A stretch of DNA of 49,132 nt from Acidobacteriota bacterium (GCA_023265175.1 JAHFUI010000008.1:13170-62301), one strand, 5' to 3'; shown: positions 20,504-31,093, numbered from the stretch's first letter. Made by a program: numbers and translations. The notes: a model not told the origin generated them from the sequence alone.

Positions 20504-20890
20504 ATGGAAGCCTTCGAGTACGCCATCAAGAAAGACGTTCGCAACAACCCGATCGTCCGCGAGGTCGACGAAGCGCGGCAGCGCGAGTTGTGGAAATCGG
20601 TCGGCATAGCCGGATTGCTGGTCCTCGTGCTGCTCTTCTCGGCGTGGCAGCACTTCGAGTTCCTGCGCCACGGCTACAAAGTCGAGGAGATGCAGCGCGA
20701 GCGCGCCGCGCAGGATGAACTGAGTCGCCAATATCGGCTGGAAATCGAGACGCTGCGGTCGCCGAAGCGCATTGAAGCATTGGCGATGGAGCAACTGCAC
20801 CTCGTCGCGCCGTCGCAGAGCGACGCGATCATCATCGAACGGGTGCTGGCGGCCGATCCTCCGGCCATGTCCGTGGTCGCACGCCGGTGA
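20504..20890 (+). CDS. ftsL: Cell division protein FtsL
   Basis: Single membrane helix, coiled coil, LRSPKRIE..A...L motif, located between rsmH and ftsI. Confidence 0.9.
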   Translation: MEAFEYAIKKDVRNNPIVREVDEARQRELWKSVGIAGLLVLVLLFSAWQHFEFLRHGYKVEEMQRERAAQDELSRQYRLEIETLRSPKRIEALAMEQLHLVAPSQSDAIIIERVLAADPPAMSVVARR

Positions 20891-23001
20891 GACTCTGGCG
20901 CTTCCCGCGCCGGGAAGATTCCGGCGCCGCGAGATTCGAGCGCATCGGCGGCGTTCTGGGCGGAGACGCACGCAGCGCGGGGCCGCCCGACCTGGCTCCC
21001 GACTGGCGCGTCACCCTGAAGCGCCGCACGATCGTCATCGCCGTGGCGATCGCGTGCTGGGTCGCAGGGATCGAAGCGCGCCTGGTGTACCTGCAGATCG
21101 TTCGACACGCCGACCTCGTCACGCGCGCCGAGAAACAGTACACGCGCACCATCGAACCGCCGGCCAAACGCGGCGACATTGTCGATCGGAAAGGCCGCGT
21201 CCTGGCCACGAGCGTCGACACCGACACGATCTACGCCGTCCCCTCCGACATGAGCGAGCCCGACGCCGCCGTGGCGACGCTGTGCGGCGCGCTCGGGGAT
21301 TGCACCACCAAGGAACGACAGACGCTGACCGATCGTTTCCATCGTGGAACGTTCACTTACGTGCGCCGGCAGGTGTCGCCCGATCAGAAACGCCGCGTCG
21401 AAGCGCTCGGCCTCGACGGCATCTTCTTCGTCAAGGAGAGCCGGCGGTTCTATCCGAACCGCGAGCTCGCCGCGCATGTGCTCGGGTATGTCGGTGTCGA
21501 CAACACCGGGCTGAACGGGCTCGAAGTGGCGTACGACTCGAAGATCCGCGGCAAGAGCGGCAAAGTGCTGGTGCAGACCGACGCGCGACGACATGCCTTC
21601 AGCCGGATCGAGCGGCCGCCGACCTCAGGCGCGACGATCGAGGTGACGATCGACGAGTACTTGCAGCACGTCGCCGAGCGCGAGCTGCACGCGGGTGTCG
21701 TCGCCAATCGCGCCGCCGGGGGCAGCGCCATCATCATGAACCCGCATACCGGCGAAATTCTCGCGATGGCAAACGAGCCGACGTTCAACCCGAACGCCTA
21801 TCGTGATTTCGACGAGATCGATCGCCGGAATCGCGCGGTTCAGGATCTGTTCGAACCGGGATCCACCTTCAAGGTCGTGACCGCCTCGGCGGCGATCGAA
21901 GAGAAGGTCATGCCGGTCGACGCGTTGATCGACACGAATCCCGGCGTGCTCTATATCGCCGGACGGGCCAAGCCGGTGACCGAGGCGAGCCATCACAACT
22001 ACCACGTGCTGTCGTTCGCCGACGTCATCATCAGGTCGAGCAATATCGGCGCGATCAAGATCGGGTTGCGGGTCGGGACCGAGCGGCTGAGCCGCTACGT
22101 GTCGTTGTTTGGATTCGGGCATCCGGTGTCGCCGGACTTTCCCGGCGAGAGCCCGGGCATCGTCTGGAATCCGACGAAGTGGACCGAGAGCGCGCTCGCG
22201 TCGGTGTCGATGGGCTATCAGGTCGGCGTGACGCCGCTGCAGATGATCACGGCGGTCAGTTCCGTGGCCAACGGTGGCGAGCTGATCGAGCCGCGAGTGG
22301 TCCGGGCGATCTACCGCGACAACCGCCGCTGGGCGGTGCTGCCGAAGATCGTGCGCCGGACGATCAGCGCCGATACTGCCGCCACGCTCACGACGATCAT
22401 GGAAGGCGTCGTCGAGAACCCGCACGGGACGGCGACCCGCGCGCAGATTCCCGGCTACACCATCGCCGGCAAGACTGGCACCGCGGCCAAGCTCGTCAAC
22501 GGCCATTATTCGACGTCCGATTACAACGCGTCGTTTGTCGGATTCGTGCCGTCGCGCAACCCAGTCGTGGCCATCATCGTCGTGACAGACTCGCCGCGCA
22601 CCTATCCGAACACCGGCGGTTTCGTCTCGGCGCCGGTCTTCAAGCGTATCGCCGAAGCGACGCTTCGCTATCTCAGCGTTCCTCGGAGCGTCGACCCCGA
22701 GCCGCCGATTCTCGTTGCACGCAACGACGGCAACGTGCCGGTGGCCCTTCCGACGACGACGGCGCCAGTCGTCAGCTTCGTGTCAGATGGTCCGCCGGGA
22801 ACCGTGCCGGATCTGAGCGGGATGAGCGCCCGGGAGGCGACCCACCGCCTTGTCAGGTCGGGGTTGACGGCGCGCATGTCAGGTGACGGGTTCGTCATTG
22901 CGCAGGATCCGCCGCCGGGGGCCCCGATCGATGCGGCGGGGATCTGTCGCCTCACGCTTCAACGGGCGCCGACACATCTTTTCACGAGCGCGCGCCGATG
23001 A
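20887..23001 (+). CDS. ftsI: Class B penicillin-binding protein FtsI with C-terminal PASTA domain
   Basis: RGDIVDRKG, RFYP, EPGSTFK (SxxK), SSN, KTGT, and VPDLSGMS PASTA. Confidence 0.94.
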   Translation: MRLWRFPRREDSGAARFERIGGVLGGDARSAGPPDLAPDWRVTLKRRTIVIAVAIACWVAGIEARLVYLQIVRHADLVTRAEKQYTRTIEPPAKRGDIVDRKGRVLATSVDTDTIYAVPSDMSEPDAAVATLCGALGDCTTKERQTLTDRFHRGTFTYVRRQVSPDQKRRVEALGLDGIFFVKESRRFYPNRELAAHVLGYVGVDNTGLNGLEVAYDSKIRGKSGKVLVQTDARRHAFSRIERPPTSGATIEVTIDEYLQHVAERELHAGVVANRAAGGSAIIMNPHTGEILAMANEPTFNPNAYRDFDEIDRRNRAVQDLFEPGSTFKVVTASAAIEEKVMPVDALIDTNPGVLYIAGRAKPVTEASHHNYHVLSFADVIIRSSNIGAIKIGLRVGTERLSRYVSLFGFGHPVSPDFPGESPGIVWNPTKWTESALASVSMGYQVGVTPLQMITAVSSVANGGELIEPRVVRAIYRDNRRWAVLPKIVRRTISADTAATLTTIMEGVVENPHGTATRAQIPGYTIAGKTGTAAKLVNGHYSTSDYNASFVGFVPSRNPVVAIIVVTDSPRTYPNTGGFVSAPVFKRIAEATLRYLSVPRSVDPEPPILVARNDGNVPVALPTTTAPVVSFVSDGPPGTVPDLSGMSAREATHRLVRSGLTARMSGDGFVIAQDPPPGAPIDAAGICRLTLQRAPTHLFTSARR

Positions 23002-24503
23002 CGTGGGACGAGCTGTCCGCCGTGCTGCGCGCACGCGGGCTCACCCGCACGGACGACCAGGCGCGGACCGATCATCCGTTCGTGACCGGCATCGCCTTCG
23101 ACTCACGGGCGGTCCGGCCCGGGAACGTGTTCGTGGCGCTCAAAGGGCTGCATGCCGACGGAGCGTTCTTCGCGCATCAGGCGATCGAACGCGGCGCCGT
23201 GGCGGTCGTGTCGGAACAACCGCCGGCATCGCCGGCCGGCGTGCCTTGGGCCATCGTCGAAGACGCGCGTCTCGCGCTCGCGCTCCTTGCCTGCGCCTTC
23301 TACGGCCATCCGAGCGCCGCCATGCAGGTCGTGGGCATCACCGGCACGAATGGCAAGACGACGACCGCGTATCTCGTGGCGGCCGTGTTCGAAGCTGCCG
23401 GGATCCCCTGCGGCATTCTCGGCACCGTCGTATGCAAGGTCGGCGGCGATCTGCGTGATGCGACGCGGACCACTCCGGAAGCTCCCCAGGTTCAGGCGAT
23501 GCTGCGCGAGATGGTTGCCGCCGGCTGCGGCGCGTGTGCGATGGAGGTGTCGTCGCATGCGTTGTCGCTGCGACGCGTCGATGGCACGACGTTCGCCGCC
23601 GGCGTGTTCACGAACCTCACGCGCGATCACCTCGATTTTCATGCGGACATGGAGGAGTACTTTCAGGCCAAACGGCGGCTGTTCAAGATGCTGCCGCGCG
23701 ACGCGCCGAGCCTCATCAATCTTGACGATCCGCGCGGCGCGGCGCTGGCCGAGACGGTGGGCCGTCCGGTGACCTACGCCGTGAGCCGCCCGGCCGACAT
23801 CAGGCCTGGACCGCTGTCGTTCTCCCTCGAAGGGTTGACATTCGACGTGCGCACGCCGCACGGATTGATTCAGGTCCGCTCCTCGCTCGTCGGCCGGCCG
23901 AATGTCTACAACATCCTCGCGGCGGTTTCTACCGCGACGGCGCTCGGCGTGTCCGTTGACGCGATCGAGCGCGGCATTCGGTCGCTGCAAGGCGTGCCCG
24001 GCCGATTTCAGGTCGTGTCGAACGCCATGGACGAACTGACGGTGGTGGTCGATTACGCGCACACCGACGATGCGCTGCGGAACCTTCTCGAGACGGCGCG
24101 ACCGCTCGCGCGCGGCCGGCTCATCACTGTATTCGGCTGCGGCGGGGATCGCGATCGGTCGAAGCGTCCGCTGATGGGCGCGGTCGCCGATCGATTGAGC
24201 GACGTCATCGTCGTGACGTCGGACAATCCGCGCACCGAGGATCCGGGCCGCATCATCGAGGAGATTCAGCGCGGTCTGACGGCCGATCGGCGGACCGACA
24301 GCGGACAGCGGCTGCTGACGATCGCCGATCGCGGCGCGGCGATTGCCACGGCGATCGAACTGGCACGTCCGGGCGATCTCGTGCTCATCGCCGGCAAGGG
24401 TCACGAGAAGTACCAGGCAATCGGTGACCGCATTCTGCCGTTCGACGATGTGGAGGTGGCGCGCGAAGCGCTGGCGCGCCGGACCAACTCCGGCGTGGTG
24501 TAA
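22998..24503 (+). CDS. murE: UDP-MurNAc-tripeptide synthetase (meso-DAP type)
   Basis: GITGTNGKTT, MEVSSH, DHLDFH, DYAHT, DNPR (DAP specificity), AGKGHE. Confidence 0.97.
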   Translation: MTWDELSAVLRARGLTRTDDQARTDHPFVTGIAFDSRAVRPGNVFVALKGLHADGAFFAHQAIERGAVAVVSEQPPASPAGVPWAIVEDARLALALLACAFYGHPSAAMQVVGITGTNGKTTTAYLVAAVFEAAGIPCGILGTVVCKVGGDLRDATRTTPEAPQVQAMLREMVAAGCGACAMEVSSHALSLRRVDGTTFAAGVFTNLTRDHLDFHADMEEYFQAKRRLFKMLPRDAPSLINLDDPRGAALAETVGRPVTYAVSRPADIRPGPLSFSLEGLTFDVRTPHGLIQVRSSLVGRPNVYNILAAVSTATALGVSVDAIERGIRSLQGVPGRFQVVSNAMDELTVVVDYAHTDDALRNLLETARPLARGRLITVFGCGGDRDRSKRPLMGAVADRLSDVIVVTSDNPRTEDPGRIIEEIQRGLTADRRTDSGQRLLTIADRGAAIATAIELARPGDLVLIAGKGHEKYQAIGDRILPFDDVEVAREALARRTNSGVV

Positions 24504-24520
24504 GGAGCGGGTGGGAGCCC

Positions 24521-25924
24521 GTGCGTTGGATGAGCGAGATTCGCCTGACCGCGCAATGGGTGGCCGAGGCGATGGCCGGCGATCTCGTGTCGGGCGACCC
24601 GGCGCGCGAGTTCACCGGCGTCTCGATCGACACGCGGACGCTCACTACGGGCGAGCTGTACGTCGGCATCCGTGGCGAGCGGTTTGACGGCGCCGACTTC
24701 ACCCCCGCGGCGCTCGCCGCCGGCGCGGGCGGTGTCGTGCTGCCTCGCGGCCGGGCGCGCGTTGGCTCCGCGATTGTCATTGAGGTCGACGACACGACGT
24801 TGGCGCTGCAGGCGCTGGCGCATCGGGTACGACGCGAGTCGGGCGCGAAGGTCGTGGCGATCACGGGAAGCGCGGGGAAGACCACGACGAAGGAAATCAC
24901 GGCGGAGTTTCTCGCGGCGCGGTATCGCGTGATCCGCAACCGCGGAAACTTCAACAACCACATCGGGCTGCCGCTGTCGCTCATCGATCTGAGGCAGCGG
25001 CCGGAGATCGCCGTCGTCGAGCTGGGGATGAGTCACGCTGGAGAGATCAGCACGCTGGTACGCATCGCCGAACCGGACGTCCGCGTGTGGACGAACGTCG
25101 GAGAGGCGCATCTGGGCTTCTTCCGGTCGCTCGACGAGATCTGCGACGCCAAGGCGGAGATCCTCGAGCGGGCGACCGCGGCCACGCTGCTCGTCGCCAA
25201 CGCCGACGACGAGCGGATCATGGGGAAGACGCCGGCGTTTGACGGGCGGGTGGTCACGTTCGGCATCGAGCGGCCGGCGGCCGTCCGGGCATCCGCGATC
25301 GTCGATCGCGGCATCGATGGCATCACGGCCCGGCTCGACACGCCGCGCGGCGCGTTCGAGATCACAACGCCGCTGGTAGGCCGGGGGAACCTCGCGAACG
25401 TGCTGGCGGCGACGGCGGTGGCGGTCGAATTCGAGGTATCGCTCGATGCGATCGCCGAACGGGCGCGGAATCTGCAGCCGGCGGCTCATCGTGGACAAGT
25501 CGTTCGACTGCCGAGCGGGGTGACGATTATCGATGACAGCTACAACGCCAATCCCACGGCGACGCGACAGGCGCTCGATGTCCTTGCGCGTGAGCGGACG
25601 GCGTTGCGGCGCGTGGCGGTGCTTGGCGAGATGCTGGAGCTCGGCGATCGCGCGATCGCCCTTCACGAGGCGGTGGGCCGCTCTGCCGCGCGCGGTGGGA
25701 TCGATGTGCTGCTGACTGTCGGCGGCGGGCCTGCGGCGGCGCTCGCCATGGCGGCCATCGATGCGGGCATGCCGGCGAACGCCGTCCGGCATTTCGCGGC
25801 CAGCGACGAGGCGGCCGGCGCGGCGGCGGACATTGTCCGTCCTGGCGATCTGGTGCTCGTGAAGGGATCGCGCGGCGTTGGGACCGATCGCGTGGTGGAG
25901 CGGCTCGAGGCGGAGTTCGCCTGA
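24521..25924 (+). CDS. murF: UDP-MurNAc-tripeptide--D-Ala-D-Ala ligase
   Basis: ITGSAGKTTTKE, NFNNHIGLPLS, DDSYNANP, LGEMLELG, LVKGSRG. The start may be ATG 24530. Confidence 0.96.
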   Translation: MRWMSEIRLTAQWVAEAMAGDLVSGDPAREFTGVSIDTRTLTTGELYVGIRGERFDGADFTPAALAAGAGGVVLPRGRARVGSAIVIEVDDTTLALQALAHRVRRESGAKVVAITGSAGKTTTKEITAEFLAARYRVIRNRGNFNNHIGLPLSLIDLRQRPEIAVVELGMSHAGEISTLVRIAEPDVRVWTNVGEAHLGFFRSLDEICDAKAEILERATAATLLVANADDERIMGKTPAFDGRVVTFGIERPAAVRASAIVDRGIDGITARLDTPRGAFEITTPLVGRGNLANVLAATAVAVEFEVSLDAIAERARNLQPAAHRGQVVRLPSGVTIIDDSYNANPTATRQALDVLARERTALRRVAVLGEMLELGDRAIALHEAVGRSAARGGIDVLLTVGGGPAAALAMAAIDAGMPANAVRHFAASDEAAGAAADIVRPGDLVLVKGSRGVGTDRVVERLEAEFA

Positions 25925-27027
25925 TGCTGTACCACCTGTTGTATCAGGGGCTGTATCCCCTGGATTCCCACACGCTGTCGGTCCTGAACGTGACGCGTTA
26001 CATCACGTTCCGAACCGCCGCGGCCAGTCTGTCCGCGCTGGCGATCAGCCTTGCGCTTGGGCCGTGGATGATCCACAAGCTGCGCGAATTTCAGATCGGC
26101 CAGGTGATCCGGCAGGAAGGCCCGACGACGCACCGTCCGAAGGCAGGCACGCCGACGATGGGCGGGTTGCTCATCCTGACGGCGTCGTTGGTGCCGACGC
26201 TGCTGTGGGCGGACTTGACGAATGCGTACGTGTGGATCGCCGTGGTCACGACGGCGGCATTCGGCGGCATCGGATTTCTCGATGACTACCTGAAGATCGT
26301 CCGGCGATCGCATCATGGGCTCAGGCCACGCTACAAGCTCGCGTGCCAAGTGCTCGCCGCGACCGCGGTCGGCGTCGTGCTCCTGATCCTCGCGCACGAG
26401 GGCGCGTACAGCACGCGCCTCGTGTTTCCGTTTTTCAAACGGCTCATTCCGGATCTCGGCTGGTGGTACCTGCCGTTTGCGATCTTCGTGCTCACGGCCG
26501 AGTCGAACGCCGTGAATCTGACCGACGGTCTGGATGGCCTGGCGATCAGCATCTTCGCGATTGCCGCGGCCGCGTACACCGCGCTGGCCTACGTCACCGG
26601 ACACCGGGTCTTCGCCGAATACCTCCTGCTCGTGCGGTTCCCGCAGGCGGCGGAGCTGACGATCTTCTGCGGCTCGCTCGTCGGCGCCTCGCTCGGGTTC
26701 CTCTGGTACAACTCGTACCCCGCGGAAATCTTCATGGGCGACGTCGGATCGCTGGCGCTCGGCGCCGCGCTCGGCACGGTTGCGATTCTCATCAAGCAGG
26801 AGCTGCTGCTCGGCCTCGTCGGCGGGGTCTTCGTCCTCGAAGCGCTCTCCGTCGTGCTGCAGGTCGGCTATTTCAAGATGACCGGCGGCCAGCGGCTGTT
26901 TCGCATGGCGCCACTGCACCATCACTTCGAGCTGATGGGATGGAGTGAGCCCAAGGTGATCACGCGCTTCGTGATCGTCGCGATCATTTTCGCGTTGTTC
27001 GCGCTGGCGACACTGAAACTGCGATGA
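25924..27027 (+). CDS. mraY: Phospho-MurNAc-pentapeptide transferase
   Basis: KAGTPTMGG, GFLDDYLK, NAVNLTDGLDGL, FMGDVGSL, MAPLHHHFE. Confidence 0.98.
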   Translation: MLYHLLYQGLYPLDSHTLSVLNVTRYITFRTAAASLSALAISLALGPWMIHKLREFQIGQVIRQEGPTTHRPKAGTPTMGGLLILTASLVPTLLWADLTNAYVWIAVVTTAAFGGIGFLDDYLKIVRRSHHGLRPRYKLACQVLAATAVGVVLLILAHEGAYSTRLVFPFFKRLIPDLGWWYLPFAIFVLTAESNAVNLTDGLDGLAISIFAIAAAAYTALAYVTGHRVFAEYLLLVRFPQAAELTIFCGSLVGASLGFLWYNSYPAEIFMGDVGSLALGAALGTVAILIKQELLLGLVGGVFVLEALSVVLQVGYFKMTGGQRLFRMAPLHHHFELMGWSEPKVITRFVIVAIIFALFALATLKLR

Positions 27028-28397
27028 CGTTCTCGGTGGAGGGAAAACATGTCACGGTCGCCGGGGCGGCACGCAGCGGCCTGGCCGCAGCCGAGCTGCT
27101 CGCGCGGCGGGGTGCGCAGGTGACGCTGTCGGACACGCGGACCCAGGTGCCGGAAAGTGCCCGCTTGCGCGCGCTCGACATTCGAGTCGAGCTCGGCGGA
27201 CATCGGACGGACACGTTCACGACGGCCGACCTGATCGTGCTGAGTCCCGGCGTGGCGATCGAACAGCCGGCGATCGCCGCCGCCCGCCGCCGCGGCGTGC
27301 CCGTCATCGCGGAAATCGAGCTCGCCTCGCGCTGGTTGCAGGGCCGCGTGATTGCGATCACCGGCACCAAAGGGAAATCGACGACGACAGCACTGACCGG
27401 ACGGATGCTCGCGGCTGCCGGATTCAAGGTCGCCGTTGGCGGCAATATCGGTGCGCCGCTCTGCGCGCAGGTCGTCGACTCGACGCCCGACACGTTGCAC
27501 GTAGTAGAGACGAGCAGCTTCCAGCTCGAGACGATCGACACGTTCCATCCGTGGATTGCGGTGATGTTGAACTTTTCTCCGGATCACCTCGATCGCCATC
27601 CGACAATCGACGCATACGGACGCGCGAAGGCGAGGATTTTCGAAAATCAAGACGAAACCGATTGGGCGGTGATCAACGCGGACGACCCGTCGGTGCTGGA
27701 GCTCGCGAGGCGCGGCCGCGCGGCCAAACGCTACTTTGCCAGGCGCGCGGCGATTGACGAAGGCGTCGTGATCGAGAACGAGTGGATTGTCGAGCGACGA
27801 GGGGGCGCCGCCCAGCCGCTCGTCCCGCTCGACGCCGTGCACCTGATCGGACCGCACCTGGTCAACGACGTCATGGCGGCGGCGGCGGTTGGCGCCATTG
27901 CCGGCGCGGCGCCGGCGGCGATGGCCTCGGCCGTCGACACGTTTCAGGGCCTCGAGCATGTGATGGAGCTGGTCGCCGAGGTCGCCGGCGTGCGGTTCGT
28001 CAACGATTCGAAGGCGACCAACGTGGAGTCGGCGCTGCGGTCGATCGAAAGCTTCGAACAGCGTCTCGTGCCGATCATCGGCGGCCGGTTCAAAGGGGGC
28101 GATTTGACGCTGCTCCGCCAGCCGCTCAGCAGCCGGGCGCGGGCCGTGGTGGCGATTGGCGAAGCCAGGGCCAAAGTGCGCGAGGCGCTCGAGGGCGCGG
28201 TGGAGGTGCACGAAGCGGCATCCTTCGAGGAAGCGATCGCGACGGCGCACGCGCTCGCCCAGCCGGACGGTGTGGTGCTGCTCGCGCCAGCCTGCGCGAG
28301 CTTCGACATGTTTCAGGACTACGCGGAACGCGGCAGGCGCTTCAAGGAGGAGGTCGCGCGGATCGCGCGTACGCAGGAAGAAATCGACCGCAGGTAG
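27024..28397 (+). CDS. murD: UDP-MurNAc-L-Ala--D-Glu ligase
   Basis: ITGTKGKSTT, GGNIG, ETSSFQL, DHLDRH, NDSKATN, PACASFDMF. Confidence 0.97.
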   Translation: MTFSVEGKHVTVAGAARSGLAAAELLARRGAQVTLSDTRTQVPESARLRALDIRVELGGHRTDTFTTADLIVLSPGVAIEQPAIAAARRRGVPVIAEIELASRWLQGRVIAITGTKGKSTTTALTGRMLAAAGFKVAVGGNIGAPLCAQVVDSTPDTLHVVETSSFQLETIDTFHPWIAVMLNFSPDHLDRHPTIDAYGRAKARIFENQDETDWAVINADDPSVLELARRGRAAKRYFARRAAIDEGVVIENEWIVERRGGAAQPLVPLDAVHLIGPHLVNDVMAAAAVGAIAGAAPAAMASAVDTFQGLEHVMELVAEVAGVRFVNDSKATNVESALRSIESFEQRLVPIIGGRFKGGDLTLLRQPLSSRARAVVAIGEARAKVREALEGAVEVHEAASFEEAIATAHALAQPDGVVLLAPACASFDMFQDYAERGRRFKEEVARIARTQEEIDRR

Positions 28398-28417
28398 TGT
28401 CCGGCTTCAGCCGGACC
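28394..28417 (+). repeat. GTAG-family REP-like palindrome GTAGTGTCCGGCTTCAGCCGGACC
   Basis: GTAG foot followed by an 8-bp-arm palindrome. The foot overlaps the murD TAG stop. Confidence 0.85.
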
Positions 28418-28421
28418 AGAC

Positions 28422-28547
28422 GTGAGCGGTGAGCAGTCGTCAGTCGGTTTATCGCGGTGAAGGACTGGCTGCTGGGAACGCAGGCTGCCCCGGTCTGCGA
28501 AGCTGGTGCCCTTGCCCGAGGCCGACTGATGACTGCTGGCCGCTCAC
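28422..28547. repeat. 26-bp imperfect inverted repeat built from 7-nt units around a 74-nt spacer
   Basis: Arms 28422-28447 and 28522-28547, 23/26 matches. Confidence 0.8.
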
Positions 28548-28815
28548 GGCGATCCTACCGCGCGCGCGATGTGAGGGCGCACGGACGTGTGACCGGCGCC
28601 GGCCGTTGTTTCGGGTGGAGCGCGGTTCAGCTATAGGCACGGCCCGAAGGCCGCGCGCGACACACGAAACGTCGTCGAAACGTTGGGCCGGGCCTTTACG
28701 CCCGGCCGCCCTAGCCGTCTTGAGTCCCAAGAACTTGCACCGAATGAGTCAAGTTTTTCGGTCAAGACGGCTAGCCCCCGCGCAGCGGGGCTGTGATGAA
28801 GGCGGACTAGGAGAT

Positions 28816-29916
28816 ATGGCTCGCAAGCTGAAGTCCGACCCCGCGCTGTTCATCGCGACCATCCTGTTGGTCGCGCTGAGCATCGTCATGGTCTACAGCG
28901 CCTCGGCTGTCGTGGCGATGGAGCGGACCGGACGCCCCTACTTCTTCTTGACGAAACAGGGGCTCTGGGCCGCGCTCGGCATCGCCGTGCTCGGCGTGGC
29001 CATGCGGATTGATTATCGGACCTACAAAGAGCCGGCATTCATCTGGTCGTCGCTCGCGTTCGTCACGCTCGGCCTGGTTGCGGTGTTGTTCAGCCCTCCA
29101 GTGAACAACGCGCGGCGGTGGTTCTCCATCGGCGGACTGGGGATTCAGCCGTCCGAGCTGGCGAAGCTGAGCGCGATCTTCTTCACGGCCGCCGTGCTCG
29201 AGCGCCGCATGAATCGGATCAACGAGCTGGGATACTCGCTCATTCCGATAGGTGCCGTCGTGGTGTGTCTCGTTGGACTGATTCTGCTCGAGCCCGATTT
29301 CGGCACCTCGATGTCGCTGGTGGCGATCGCCACCGTGATGGTGTTCGCCGCTGGCCTCAACTACACCTACATCCTCGGCGCCGCGCTCTGCGCGTTGCCG
29401 GCCATCGCGTTTCTCGTCATGGGCACCGCATACCGCCGCCAGCGCGTGCTGACGTTTCTCGATCCGTGGAACGATCCGCTCGGCGCCGGCTTCCAGATCA
29501 TTCAGTCGCTGATCGCCGTCGGCACTGGCGGGGTGTGGGGCAAGGGAGTGATGAACGGCGTGCAGAAGCTGTTCTTTCTCCCGGAGCCGCACACCGATTT
29601 CATTTATTCCGTCATCGCGGAAGAGCTCGGCCTCGTTGGCGCGACCGCGGTGGTCGTCTGCTTTTGCGTCATCGCATGGCGGGGCATGCGCGTGTCGCTC
29701 CGTGCGCCGGATCGCTTCGGTGCCTTTCTGGCGCTGGGGCTGACGACGATGGTGGCGGTCCAGGCGTTGGTCAACATCAGCGTGGTGCTCGGGCTGATGC
29801 CGACCAAGGGGATCCCGCTGCCGTTTGTCAGCGCGGGCGGGTCGTCGCTGCTGATCAACCTGCTCGGGATGGGGATTCTGTTGAACGTGTCGCAGCACGC
29901 TTCGTCGGAAGCATGA
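28816..29916 (+). CDS. ftsW: Peptidoglycan polymerase FtsW
   Basis: MVYSAS, NARRW, IQPSELAK, LEPDFGT, LPEPHTDFI, LMPTKGIPLPFVSAGGSS. AGGAGA precedes ATG 28816. Confidence 0.97.
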   Translation: MARKLKSDPALFIATILLVALSIVMVYSASAVVAMERTGRPYFFLTKQGLWAALGIAVLGVAMRIDYRTYKEPAFIWSSLAFVTLGLVAVLFSPPVNNARRWFSIGGLGIQPSELAKLSAIFFTAAVLERRMNRINELGYSLIPIGAVVVCLVGLILLEPDFGTSMSLVAIATVMVFAAGLNYTYILGAALCALPAIAFLVMGTAYRRQRVLTFLDPWNDPLGAGFQIIQSLIAVGTGGVWGKGVMNGVQKLFFLPEPHTDFIYSVIAEELGLVGATAVVVCFCVIAWRGMRVSLRAPDRFGAFLALGLTTMVAVQALVNISVVLGLMPTKGIPLPFVSAGGSSLLINLLGMGILLNVSQHASSEA

Positions 29917-29939
29917 GTACCAGACGAGACGGAGATGAC

Positions 29940-29963
29940 GGTCCGGCCAAGGCTGGACACGAC
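29940..29963 (-). repeat. Second copy of the GTCCGGC REP-like palindrome, reverse orientation
   Basis: Reverse complement GTCGTGTCCAGCCTTGGCCGGACC compared with GTAGTGTCCGGCTTCAGCCGGACC at 28394. Confidence 0.75.
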
Positions 29964-29967
29964 GTAC

Positions 29968-31089
29968 ATGGCAGAGCAATCACGGCGGCTGCGCATCGTG
30001 ATAGCCGGCGGGGGAACCGGCGGCCACTTGTTTCCGGGGATTGCGGTCGCACGCGAGATCGAGTCGCGACGGCCCGATGCGATCATTTCGTTCGTGGGGA
30101 CGTGGCGCGGGATCGAGTCGCGCGTCGTGCCGCTCGAAGGCTTCGAGCTGGATCTGATTCGCAGCGGGGGCCTCAAGGGCAAGTCGCTCGCGGCGCGCGT
30201 GCGCGGATCGATCCTGCTGCCGCTCGGTCTGGCCGATGCCTGGCGGGTCGTGTCCAACCGCCGTCCGCACCTCGTGTTCGGAGTCGGCGGCTACAGTTCG
30301 GGGCCGGTGGTCCTGGTTGCCGCGCTCCGCGGGATTCCGACGCTGCTGCTCGAGCAGAACGCGGTGCCTGGGCTGACCAACCGACTGCTCGCGCCGTTCG
30401 CGCGGGCCGCAGCGGTGACGTTCGAATCGACGACGACGTTTTTTGGCGCGAAGGCGTTCGTCAGCGGTAATCCGGTTCGGCCGGAGTTCCTGAAGGCGGT
30501 CGAATCCGTCGAGGCTCGGAAGGAGTTGGAACCAGATGCAGAAGCGTCGAGCGCGAGGGTTTTAGTCTTTGGCGGCTCTCAGGGCGCGCACGCGATCAAC
30601 GTGGCCATGGTGGAGGCAGCGGAGGAGTTGGCGGCCCACGCGCCCCGTCTTCATCTCACGCACCAGACGGGAGACCGAGATGTGGCGATGGTCGGCGCCG
30701 CCTACCGGAAAGCGGGGTTGGCGGCCGACGTTGCGCCGTTCTTCGACGACATGGGACGGCGAGTCGGACGCGCCGATCTGATTGTCTGCCGGGCCGGCGC
30801 CACAACGCTCGCCGAGATCACGGCGGCTGGCAAGGCGGCGATTCTGATCCCGCTGCCGACGGCGACCGACGACCATCAGCGCAAGAACGCCGAGGCGCTG
30901 GCGGCGGCCGGCGCCGCGGAGGTGCTGATCCAGTCGGACCTGACGGGCCATACGCTCGCCCGCCGGATCCTGACGCTCGCGACCGACCGCGAGACCCGGA
31001 TGCGGATGTCGGCCGCCGCGCGGAAGATGGCGCGCCCCGACGCGGCGCAAATGATCGTCGATCGGGCGCTCGAGCTGGTGAAGATGTGA
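29968..31089 (+). CDS. murG: Lipid II GlcNAc transferase MurG
   Basis: AGGGTGGHLFPG, GGYSSGP, EQNAVPGLTN, GNPVR, FGGSQGA, RAGATT, HQRKNA. Confidence 0.97.
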   Translation: MAEQSRRLRIVIAGGGTGGHLFPGIAVAREIESRRPDAIISFVGTWRGIESRVVPLEGFELDLIRSGGLKGKSLAARVRGSILLPLGLADAWRVVSNRRPHLVFGVGGYSSGPVVLVAALRGIPTLLLEQNAVPGLTNRLLAPFARAAAVTFESTTTFFGAKAFVSGNPVRPEFLKAVESVEARKELEPDAEASSARVLVFGGSQGAHAINVAMVEAAEELAAHAPRLHLTHQTGDRDVAMVGAAYRKAGLAADVAPFFDDMGRRVGRADLIVCRAGATTLAEITAAGKAAILIPLPTATDDHQRKNAEALAAAGAAEVLIQSDLTGHTLARRILTLATDRETRMRMSAAARKMARPDAAQMIVDRALELVKM

Positions 31090-31093
31090 GGAA

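Noticed and set aside
28429-28815. 129-aa N-terminal extension of FtsW
   Set aside because: It reads through palindromic repeats; a good RBS and typical N-terminus lie at 28816.
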